Below, piece by piece: positions 21,901-26,568 of a stretch of 64,000 bases of DNA; positions within the stretch are counted from its first letter, which is position 1, and each line of letters starts with the position of its first letter. Origin of the DNA: Candidatus Oxydemutatoraceae bacterium (GTDB lineage: Bacteria > Pseudomonadota > Gammaproteobacteria > Poriferisulfidales > Oxydemutatoraceae); the NCBI GenBank assembly GCA_965219575.1, contig OZ244779.1:1260769-1324768 (forward strand), in the 5' to 3' direction. The translations under genes were made by a program, and so were the position numbers. The notes below the pieces were generated by a model. That model had not been told where the DNA came from. It did no database searches and worked only from the letters and a program-made list of their open reading frames with translations.

Positions 21901-24218
21901 ATGCTCGCTACGCACGATACAGAGTCTCTATAAGCTACACCGACGGACAAGGTTACCGAACCAATACTCACCACGATGCACTGCGATTCACGACGATTGC
22001 CGACTTCGTCGATAAAGACAACGACGGTTTGATAGAGATTGAAACCCTTGATGCGCTCGATGCGATCCGTTATCAACCGGACGGTAGCGGTTATCGTGCA
22101 AACGCTATGGCGAGTAAAATTACTACGGGTTGCCCTTTGGTCAACGGTGCAGAGAAATGCCGAGGCTACGAATTAGTCGGGGATTTAGATTTTCTAGGCG
22201 ATGCCGGCTATAGTTCAACCGCCAATAAAGTGGCTTGGACGAGCGGCGCAGGTTGGCAACCTATAGGTGACCCTATTAAGCCTTTTACCGGTATTTTCGA
22301 CGGCAACGGTTTTACGATTGCCAACTTGACGATAGATAGGGCGGACAGCGACTATATCGGGCTGTTCGGTGTTGTCACAGGGGCAAATGCCCGGATTAAA
22401 AGCGTAGGTCTAATCGATGTATCCGTTGTGGGAAATGAGTACGTAGGTGGCTTGATCGGTTTTATGGAGAGAGGGAAAGTCGCCGGCAGTTATGTGAAGG
22501 GCACGGTTGCCGGATCCTCTCTCAACATAGGTGGTTTAGTCGGCTCGGTTATTTCTTCGCTTGCTATCGAGCACAGTTATACGATGGCTAATGTGATGGC
22601 AAAAAGGGCGGATAATGTAGGTGGTTTGGTCGGTTTTTGTCAGGGCGATATTCGTAATAGTTATGCGGCGAGCAATGTGACGGCAAGCGGATTTATCTTT
22701 GGAAATATAGGTGGCTTAGTCGGTTTGGGTACGGGAAATATAGATAACGGTTATACATTCGGCGATGTGACGGTGACCGCAAGTATTCGTGTTCAAAGTG
22801 TAGGTGGCTTGGTCGGTTTTCACGCCGGCAATATTCGTAATAGTTATGCGGCGAGCAATGTGACGGTAAGCGGATTTATCGTCGGAAATACGGGTGGCTT
22901 AGTCGGCGGCGGATCGACCAACCCGATGCGAAGTTATTGGAAGATGGATGCCGATAACCCCATAGGTAGTGCCAATAGTATCGCAACGAACTTAAACTAT
23001 AAGGGTTTCACATCGGACAATTTGAAGGCACCGGTTGCGGCGGGTACCATCGACGGAGATGCCTATTACGATTGGAATACGGATCAATGGGATTTCGGCA
23101 CTTTTGAGGAGTATCCGGTTCTCAAATACCACGATAATAGTTGTGCTACTGCCACACCGTCGCCCGATTGCGGTAAATTATTGCTTCATCAACGTATCGG
23201 TCTGAGAGACATAAAGTTGGAGCAGAATGTCGAGGGAGCACAGTTGTATCTCTCCCCCGATTTTGATTCTGCGGTTAAGACTTATACGGTATCGATTCAT
23301 GCCGATGCGAGCGAGTTGAGAGTCACCCCGATAGCGGCTAATCCCGATGCCGGTATCGTAGCCGACGGCAAGGTCTTATCGGCAAAGCACAGCGGCTATA
23401 CTATTGCGATAGACACTTCCGAGCCTACATCGACGGTCATCGTCGTTGCGGCGAGTAATTCGATGGGAACGGAGGATGCCATTGCCTACAAATTGACGGT
23501 GAACAATCGTCTGCCCACGATAGATATTAACGCGCCCACTTCGATAAGCGAAGGCGAAACGCTTAGATTAAATGTTTCTATAACCGATACCGACGGAGAC
23601 GAGTTGCATTACAACCTGACCGTGATTACGGATTTATTACCGGATTTAGAGGAGATCACCGGCAATGTGATAGGCGATACCGATTTTGTGTATGCACTTA
23701 ATATACCCAGTAATCTGCTCGGTGATAAGCAAAGCACCGACGATCTAGAGATCGTGCTGACGGTTGAGGACGGCATGAGCGTTATCGGTGAAACGGTGCG
23801 ATTCCGCGTAATCAGGGAGAATAACGGTGTTATGTCCGTTCCTATACCTACATTACGAGACGATACGTATACCCTCGGCGATATAGATCTATCGTCGGAT
23901 GCGGACGGAATAAATCCTGCTCCCGAGATAGTCTACCGGTGGCAGAAAGAGTTATTCGGCAACTGGTTGGATATCGATGGTGCTACCCATAGAAGCTATA
24001 CTACCGAGGGCATTATAGGTGACCGCTATCGCATATTGGTCGACTATACCGATAAGCAAGGCTATAGACATCGGAGTGTCGCATCGCCGTCGATATCGGC
24101 ACCGCAACAATTTGTATACGATGCCTTGAAATCTAGGAGTGCCGTAAGGGATTTAGTGGGTCGGCAACCGGGTATTTTCATACACGTCAGAGTATTCCCC
24201 GAAGGCCTATTACGCTAG
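6942..24218 (+). CDS. Giant secreted GLUG-repeat / cadherin-like protein, paralog 2 (about 5760 aa, ten modules), probable adhesin
   Basis: ATG 6942 follows GGGAGGAAGCGTAGT, the same context as the starts of paralogs 3 and 4. Sec-type signal peptide MNISARFLLLLITVLWTSVSA-Q. Ten modules open with I..LEDL.AIR-type motifs; ends IHVRVFPEGLLR*. The adhesin function is inferred. Confidence 0.85.
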   Translation: MNISARFLLLLITVLWTSVSAQDSFECNYTTDIDQDEDGLIELCDLDALDAVRYQLDGSGYRESFDAVKITAGCPPSGCNGYELRRDLDFNIEDSYRNLANKAAWTSGLGWLPIGDRLNFFTARFEGNGHTIANLYIDRPSDYVGLFRATSTPAKISDLILSQINIEGNSYVGGLAGHNAGSVAYVGVEGGRLIATGNTVGGLFGANAGTILNGDVMLERLESRRHSLGGLVGHNEGHIRHSVADTGLFGVSQVGGLVGLNARGVLANSRADGTANGSDYIGGLVGLNHARISASYSIGKVISDGSYSGGLVGANDRGGRIADSRASGAISGNLYAGGLVGWNKDSEITNSFALGRVEGNSDVGGLVGWNEGGRISNTYASGSATGVDRIGGLVGSNKGIVSDSFANGRVVASGVHAGGLIGWNYAHQTRDATTVRVIHSYWNSNTVGISLSAGGSPRTTEQLQSPTAPGLLGETFERWDVADWDFGTDEQYPILKHSEGSNTGHLLSGQYIMLSGLLVLDGLTLSPAFDPQTFDYRVHLSDDSLRQIRFSPTIANSTQTISVLKDEETGLPSVNNGETVTVDLNIAPEPTLVTIARHYRIRVVHQSALQVKIGSDRSDHTVSEGQDITFDVSTSEPDLRRVRYHWSQVSPAKPDLLKDLNTRKAELNIDIPDDFVARDNDESPVVLRVEVRVGGTTIVRNTTMTVVKMNNGGISTLAAPTYREGTLTVADISEADLSMEPDGGVDPSSLSYRWQYKLPSASAPWRDIEDATQIHYQIPFVLSAIDNIGYRVWLDYDDNQGYYHRIVSEPRSVMRVVADDGFSDIYYLEDLNAIRNQPNGKYELVRDLDFNSDASYRDPINKAKWTVADYENDADAGWLPIGTIADRFTGTFEGHGHAIFNLQINRDTADYQGLFGVSGSAATVRNVGLPDVKIEGNLYIGGLVGSSGGTIIGSYILGKVSANSFLGGLVGENDGRIINSYAGVVVSALNQQLGGLVGINRGSITNSYATGNVEGGLAGSLVGWNFSADSTIIDSYAIGRVRGSGGGLAAINRGVIRASYWNTETGGLQGRNGSGRTTQQMQLPTAAIGIYESWDGADWDFGNNAQYPILKYAPGPDGDACSVSGLPQCGALISPRLRYGLRSLATAGGVALAPEFDIEVQNRSGIYIGSLRSTDNTIRLIPTTIEPTADIRFYIGDDNTVYDRIRSGETSRAISLKSVGITRIRIEVRGTVTVSYTLYIDHRNTVEFTPINYLEDLRAIHRQLGGSYKLARNLDFEDHGSYLDPLNRVLWTVDDYEDVTDVGWVPIGNEAKPFAGRFDGNGYTISGLQINRDTADNQSLFGVAASSAVISNIGLLNVKIEGGTQAAGLVGTNRGRVVHSHVGGSVRSKNMAGVIGGLVANNDGGDIIGSYALGRVSGISSVGGLVGDNNGKVINSHADSIVTPDSGGSRFGGLVGRNRSLIANSYASGKILTKSSIKGGLVGWNDSQARIVNGYAAVDIVGAVAGGLVGYNRGAIKNSYAIGELRSTGNAIGSLIGSNDGGTPVASYWNSDTIVAGSRNGIGQTTTQLKSPTAPGLPGETFEGWDVADWDFGTSEQYPILKYASGSDGTACGLSGLPQCGDLISPGLRYGLRGLSAADNARFLTPIDIEKLNQNNVYSITILNDRPSVRLTPVAIESTARIGIIGSVRETLDSHDTSLPISLKNDEVKKVIIEVEGTETVGYTLYLSYSAHRVIDEDGDGLVDIDYLEDLDAIRYQLDGSGYRASIGSAKITSGCPRQGCRGYELLRDLDFNDAGSYRNAEENMGRWTGAGTWFPIGGTFTATFKGNNKTIANLSMGVNGGLFSAIGSDSRVAYIDGIGLTGVDIKGNAVAGIAASCKRCTISNSYVIGDIQGTAAAAGLVNTIGATSGGRARISNSYFVGNIAVDGRSSVAGGLVGDVDSDLTITDSYVVGEIGGAHDGGFIGGLVGVRSSSVIEIGNSYASVSATKAGVPQGLFGGNRDPNDQLAPTAKAIYLDKDISRIDVTLGESKRTVVLQSPTSATGIYKNWDSDSWDFGTAEQYPAIKYNLDAASTDGDAYCDAVNIQKRPDACRTVLRHQGSLLQDLKLSEGAGLSGPFRFTSFDYGISVNADRSTIRMLPTASNGIATIEVVKDGNAIGETDSGEWTAPIPLNDSGDTVVGLVVKDGKRHSYRYRFVVNRLDIVTQSVDGDGDGLIDISNATHLNAIRHRIDGRTYNESENTVTIYCSGGCTGYELTADIDLAGIEWQPIGSPNEPFSGVFKGNGYTISNLTIKANNTDNIGLFAAIGAGGRVENLGLVNVDIAGQGRRIGSIAALNSGTIINSYADGRLVDSGGSINVVGGLVARNERGEIVNSYARVNIEAATSFAGGLVGENRGGSVVNGYAGGDVRVDSGIAGGLVGTNGSGGSIVNSYATGDVQVGSGRSGGLVAASSGGGTLNNSYYRKGAVISGTDSLVGIDKTAVELKAGVPSDDVYTGWNTTDWHFGNAEQYPVLFYVTGDDNDHRACATSPTDTELPTCGTLLPGQRAGLARMELSKNAHLTPSFNSEIYDYDLVVDSGTTFRITPTAYYDTDTITVDAAGLRSSTTGGQSLLFTLNDDLDGIVITVRSASHNVPTRYTIKVLHSIAVEDGLITIDYLEDLNLMRNPIERVSAVLKDCPIDTEDNARRCRGYELSRDLDFEDPTSYRSGRVNSVWTTGAGWQPIGDSNNPFGSLFNGNAHTISNLRYSGTASGPVGLFGVSADAARIENIGLVNVDIDVNGQSGIGALVGENRGDIVNSYVVGGDVRGGSYVGGLTGRNSGVIVNSYTDVAVAGTNFVGGLAGGSQSFSRIDNSYASGTVTGNDFVGGLVGLSQISILNSYANVAVIGSRSVGGLVGEASNSIINSYAIGKISGGSEGLIGSSDFGSFFSIQSYWDVATSTVGDDNNDLNGVGKTTSQLQTPAIGEGIYSGWSSDDWYSETGRYPLLRYTGANDIITRPACRTTEDVDSELPVCGTLLPNQRIGLRNLARSNSVGQVLLLRPGFDSGIYDYELVLKSDAREFSIIPYTFNPNAVIVVDDNSEINPQEKLRSSQVTTLQMDNINSFLLTLTVDDPLVSEATQTTVYRFEVIRHPLITVNDIDDDDDGLIEIRSVEDLNAIRYQPDGSGYKASRNDIKITVGCPETGCIGYELVQDLDVDDAMRFADWQPIGYIAPSGDADECNHPSNRCFSGIFDGNNHTISNLRIDKTGTDNVGLFAALADGAQVRNVNLANVSVEGRFGVGSLVAYNAGEIDNSYADGTITGERDVGGLVAYNVGRISDSYAYGAVSGGSSVGGLVARNKNGGAIANSYSLNRVSGDDNIGGLVGLNLGSIVNTHASGVVQGGTLVGGLVANNGGSVADSYATAEILCSGVPACASYTVATGGLIGSDVGGVVANSYWDTGVSKLRVSAGGVGKTTLQLQSGSGQSSDASGAYYRWRDSDWYFGTVDQYPILKYADSTESTLVGLQSYGLTSLTIAEIVTLSPNFDTTKLYYRVGVELDTDIRKLHLTPNALDEDATIGIFSDNGFDETVASGTDSSAIVLRSTGTTVINIEVSGSRRVLYRFEVDYFSSGFEDDVDTDKDGLIDILSLEDLDAIRNALDGRRLRYQNADGVSIESAKGCPISGCKGYELMRDLDFDNPTHYRTGRVNTAWTGGAGWQPIGTSLYPFTATFKGNGYTISNLRVNRADNDGGLFGVIDGSESDVVIEGLGLIDVDIVGGTHVGGLVGTNRAGDIRRSYVTGYVVARGDGTSAIVGGLVGRNVAGSITESYSETQVKGNLSAGLSVALAGGLVALNDGRGRIENSCTAGSVIGSVGVGGMVGENNGSVHNSYAVSRVIGIGALSTVGGLVAVNDAVVDDSYWDIEVSGIASSAGGTSATTAVLRSSTPTSPINSIYKDWDTDVWEFADTNRYPELKAIADVPLLAPEGKSLLQSLTLSDNVRLFPSFHPLVFDYELIAEADRMTEVRLDTTSTRIGTTIDITCRNGLICSPGIPTSFALDGSDTPKITITTHNLDAGELSYSFSVRYHELKIERMTATTTTIVPLSLSVAEGERVRLMVSYHFSLDEDLYRYRWRQSSGDVLKFNDKQSPVDMQNAMLNFMIPDDVVSKQDDSRVVRLIAEVNANDDIYLSKMLSLIISKRNNDTADRIHLLGDSDQPDTYAVRFERDDGSEFVDRDGGFAETRIHWQRRRSDTEDWVDVGNGSPYTIPDEGAYQYRALATYEDNQGYREQFESGVINYLDLDDDGDGLIEIRYLEELDAIRHQPDGSGYKATASADKITAGCPLVNGIEQCRGYELMNDLDFNDDQSYRTLDPSRLKNSWTVSDFSAASDSGWQPIGGFNAVFDGNGYTISNIQINRSVGNTSNIGLFSDMGSGGKVKNLGLIDPAIKGLVGIKNVGGIAGRIERGGVIMNSHVIGDVGAGKTDKIIRGGSGLIGGMVGRNKGLILNSYAKINVIAEDSGTIENRVGGLVGRNIDGGKVYNSYATGEVKGPCIVGGLVGNQFSTNSNQLLTRSEIKNSYATGNVETGFGTCSNSNNKVAAALVGVNTNSKVENSYTLGKVSGSGTLSNLIARGSAPINSYWDSGTTNVGGDASDRTTVKMISTLGPGTAETDIYYRWSTDDWDFGTIKQYPALKYGVGLDKDDPGCDTDPETALPSCDSLLHGQIADMLLLDSLSVSANSRAVRLTPNFMPSRFNYEAVIDAETAPVFIRIVAAADANSEITFRRDGGAPLTKQSDGTVQISESHPFNLGIEIASGNERAANYKIQVHLSYLPQPRILKVINTGISTELVKGNILSLNEGDVVRLDASESFGQNYSRLDYRWSQVSGKPLLPGIQTTSTVKFTVPTDFVAADDDDSTVILKLKLSENNNPLITVSEKVALLVRKINNGNAESDAKWISSDTLSASDLLDDIDGGPLIDVVYLWSLEQNGKFIAIPGATRKSYTPPENARYARYRVSISYTDGQGYRTNTHHDALRFTTIADFVDKDNDGLIEIETLDALDAIRYQPDGSGYRANAMASKITTGCPLVNGAEKCRGYELVGDLDFLGDAGYSSTANKVAWTSGAGWQPIGDPIKPFTGIFDGNGFTIANLTIDRADSDYIGLFGVVTGANARIKSVGLIDVSVVGNEYVGGLIGFMERGKVAGSYVKGTVAGSSLNIGGLVGSVISSLAIEHSYTMANVMAKRADNVGGLVGFCQGDIRNSYAASNVTASGFIFGNIGGLVGLGTGNIDNGYTFGDVTVTASIRVQSVGGLVGFHAGNIRNSYAASNVTVSGFIVGNTGGLVGGGSTNPMRSYWKMDADNPIGSANSIATNLNYKGFTSDNLKAPVAAGTIDGDAYYDWNTDQWDFGTFEEYPVLKYHDNSCATATPSPDCGKLLLHQRIGLRDIKLEQNVEGAQLYLSPDFDSAVKTYTVSIHADASELRVTPIAANPDAGIVADGKVLSAKHSGYTIAIDTSEPTSTVIVVAASNSMGTEDAIAYKLTVNNRLPTIDINAPTSISEGETLRLNVSITDTDGDELHYNLTVITDLLPDLEEITGNVIGDTDFVYALNIPSNLLGDKQSTDDLEIVLTVEDGMSVIGETVRFRVIRENNGVMSVPIPTLRDDTYTLGDIDLSSDADGINPAPEIVYRWQKELFGNWLDIDGATHRSYTTEGIIGDRYRILVDYTDKQGYRHRSVASPSISAPQQFVYDALKSRSAVRDLVGRQPGIFIHVRVFPEGLLR

Positions 24219-24277
24219 TCTATTTCCCTCCTTTATCCAGATATTAATTCTCTGATTAAAAAGAAAATCATCCACGA

Positions 24278-24316
24278 TATAAGGCTTTTATACCTTATAA
24301 GGCTTTTATACCTTAT
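24278..24316. repeat. 18-bp tandem duplication TATAAGGCTTTTATACCT x2
   Basis: Exact copies at 24278-24295 and 24296-24313, just outside the IS end. Confidence 0.85.
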
Positions 24317-24451
24317 TTTAGAATCAGAAAGTGTCAACCCAAAGTAGAAATGTCACCCTTGATGCCGATAAAACCTTCAGGAAACTAGATATCTAAGATT
24401 ACTTTATGTCCGTTAGTTGATTATTCGACTAGGTGATAAATTGGCTAATAC

Positions 24452-24719
24452 TGCTTGTTTTTGCCTAAATCAGGCTTGCCGACTAAAAAACAAGCCCCAT
24501 AGCGTGCCGTTAAGAGACGATCTCTAGTTGAGATGAACTCTACTACCTTCCAATTTCCAAGCATTTTAGAGCGTATGCGGTGCCAGTGCTTGTTTTTGCC
24601 TAAATCAGGCTTGCCGACTAAAAAACAAGCTCCATAGCGTGCCGTTAAGAGACGATCTCTAGTTGAGATGAACTCTACTACCTTCCAATTCCCAAGCATT
24701 TTAGAGCGTGTGTGGTGCC
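24452..24719. repeat. 135-bp tandem duplication inside the IS, downstream of the transposase
   Basis: Units start TGCTTGTTTTTGCCTAAATCAGG at 24452 and 24587 and differ by only a few substitutions. Confidence 0.9.
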
Positions 24720-24814
24720 CGGTTGCTATCTCGTGGTTTGACGAATGATGCGTTTGCAGTGGCACAGGTATGTTAGACAGCCTGTGCGTAAGTCTGGGAA
24801 AACACCGGTTCTGA

Positions 24815-26125
24815 TTACTTCTGCTTGGCACTGAGATAATCCTTATTGTAGCGTCTCCACGGGTGGGTCGGCTTCGGCTTATGACCGCGACGGTGTTTTG
24901 CCACAATCTCATCTACCGCTAGATTGATTGTTTTGTCGTTGTACGGTTGAGACAGTGGGGGGTGTTCGCAGTAGATATCATACGCCAACTCCCGCCCTTT
25001 GTAGAGTATGACAATCTCGCCATTGAGTAGCTCGCACACGGTGACCGATGCGCCACGCATCGCATAACCGGGTTTCTTGGTTTTGATAAGATACTGTATA
25101 TTATGATGCTGACAGATGAGGTTTTTCGATAACTTTCTAGTACTCTGTTTAGACAAAGCCAGTGCTAATTCTCGCTGGGTGAGAGGCATTTTGCGATGAT
25201 AGTCGTGGCTGTCTAGAGGCTTCGTGGCGAACTGCTGATTGTGTTTTGGGAGATACCATTGAGCAAACTGGTTAGCTTCCTCAATAGAGCAGATGTTGTG
25301 AAGCCTCATGAGTTTGACCCATCGGTCTTGCAGGGTTTTGAATGCGCGTTCAACGCGTCCTTTAGCTTGCGGTGTGCGTGCCAGGCATAGTTCAATTTCC
25401 ATTTGTTGCAAAGCACTTTGGAACTGGGTCGGTTGTTGAAAGATGTGTTGCTCTTTGGCATTGTTGCTAAAGATGCTATGGCGGTCGGAATACAGGCACA
25501 ACGGGCAGCCATGGCGTTGGATATGCTGTTTGAGTGTTCGCATATAATCAAAGGTGGTCTCGGCAGCACAGAAATGCAATGCGGTAATCTGTGAGGTGGC
25601 ATCGTCAATAAATATAATGAGCGTGCAGGGGTCGCCTCGCCCTTCAAACCAATCGTGGGTCGAACCGTCAATCTGTATGAGTTTGCCGAAGCCAGTTTGT
25701 CTGGGACGGCTTTGATGCGTTTTGATTGCATTGCGTCGCTTACCCTGGTGTAGCCCCTCTGCAATCATCCACTTGCGCAAGGTTTCAACGCTGAATGAGC
25801 GGTCAAATAAATGCCCATGACATTCAAACAACTGCTCATGTGCAAAAGTCGGTCCGGAATCGTGATAGTTCTCACGAATGAGCTTAACGGCTAGTTGTTT
25901 GATTGTCTCCAGTATTTTATTGTTTGAAGGCTTACCGCGTCGTTTAGATATCAGTGCCTTGATATCCTGCTTGCGATAGGCACTTAATAATCGCTTCACA
26001 TGGCGGACGCTGATGTTGAGCATCTGTGCGGCCTTGGCTCTCGGTAATTTTTCCTCCAAGCATCGCTTGAGGACATGGTGGCGTTCTATTTCTTTGTCTG
26101 ACATAGAGTAAGTTCCTTCGTTCAT
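24815..26125 (-). CDS. ISNCY/IS1202-family DDE transposase (IS481-related)
   Basis: N-terminal HTH (AAQMLNISVRHVKRL) and integrase-core motifs QIDGS.HDWFE, FIDDATS, YSDRHSIF, PQAKGRVER.F.TLQDR; C-terminal KPKPTHPWR; 436 aa, intact. Confidence 0.9.
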   Translation of the reverse strand: MNEGTYSMSDKEIERHHVLKRCLEEKLPRAKAAQMLNISVRHVKRLLSAYRKQDIKALISKRRGKPSNNKILETIKQLAVKLIRENYHDSGPTFAHEQLFECHGHLFDRSFSVETLRKWMIAEGLHQGKRRNAIKTHQSRPRQTGFGKLIQIDGSTHDWFEGRGDPCTLIIFIDDATSQITALHFCAAETTFDYMRTLKQHIQRHGCPLCLYSDRHSIFSNNAKEQHIFQQPTQFQSALQQMEIELCLARTPQAKGRVERAFKTLQDRWVKLMRLHNICSIEEANQFAQWYLPKHNQQFATKPLDSHDYHRKMPLTQRELALALSKQSTRKLSKNLICQHHNIQYLIKTKKPGYAMRGASVTVCELLNGEIVILYKGRELAYDIYCEHPPLSQPYNDKTINLAVDEIVAKHRRGHKPKPTHPWRRYNKDYLSAKQK

Positions 26126-26252
26126 TGCATCTTCTCCTAAGCTGGGTTAAAAATGCTTTATTGTCCCCTAAAGGTGACATGGGGCTGTTGAAAAATACCG
26201 TTTTGCACGATCGTAACCGCTTGCGCCACATAATTATGATAACCACAAAGTC

Positions 26253-26279
26253 GTAGGGGCAGACCTGTGTGTCTGCCCT
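26253..26279 (+). repeat. GTAG-type REP hairpin
   Basis: GTAG-GGGCAGAC-CTGTGT-GTCTGCCC: GTAG tetranucleotide followed by an 8-bp stem. Confidence 0.8.
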
Positions 26280-26379
26280 AAAGTATCGTTCTGCACAGCC
26301 GTAATCGCTTGCGCCGTATGGTTTTGGTTTCCATAAATCGGGTGAATGAATGTATAAATCGTGCCGACCAACGCGTCAC

Positions 26380-26405
26380 GGGCGGACATGCAAGTCCGCC
26401 CCTAC
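26380..26405 (-). repeat. GTAG-type REP hairpin (vacant IS110 target)
   Basis: Reverse complement reads GTAG-GGGCGGAC-TTGCAT-GTCCGCCC. Confidence 0.8.
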
Positions 26406-26512
26406 GGTTCGTGGATACTTTTTCAACAGCCCCACATTTCTACTTTGGCGAAAGGTGACATTACTACTTTGTGCTTACAATTGAGAAACGGTGCTTTTTC
26501 AACAGTGCCGAA

Positions 26513-26523
26513 TGTGCTAAAAT
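26513..26523 (+). promoter_or_regulatory. Putative extended -10 promoter of paralog 3
   Basis: TGTG-C-TAAAAT (TRTGn plus -10); the same context is conserved upstream of paralog 4. Confidence 0.5.
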
Positions 26524-26568
26524 AAAAACATCATTTAGAAAAATGCTATGTAAGGGGGGAAGCGTAGT

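Larger units (their letters stand above)
26181..26433. mobile_element. MITE copy 1 (253 bp) with two inverted GTAG-type REPs
   Basis: Perfect 15-bp TIRs GGGGCTGTTGAAAAA / TTTTTCAACAGCCCC with a 4-bp direct repeat ACAT on both sides (26177-26180, 26434-26437). Removing it restores the IS end repeat AAAGGTGACATTTCTACTTT. Confidence 0.9.
24332..26479 (-). mobile_element. IS1202-like (ISNCY) insertion sequence carrying a nested MITE
   Basis: 26-bp terminal inverted repeats starting TGT: TGTCAACCCAAAGTAGAAATGTCACC (24332-24357) versus the reverse complement of 26454-26479, TGTAAGCACAAAGTAGTAATGTCACC (22/26). They enclose a DDE transposase. No clear target duplication. Confidence 0.85.

Noticed and set aside
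24385-24415. dif/Xer-like site near the IS1202-like end
   Set aside because: Only TAA...TTATGT resembles the consensus; the spacing and the rest of both arms do not fit.
24445-24912. 155-aa ORF as a real gene
   Set aside because: Overlaps the transposase end, derives largely from the 135-bp duplication and has no recognisable motif.
24322-26489. Target-site duplication for the IS1202-like element
   Set aside because: Flanks AATCAGAAAG and ATTGAGAAAC are only loosely similar; no exact repeat.
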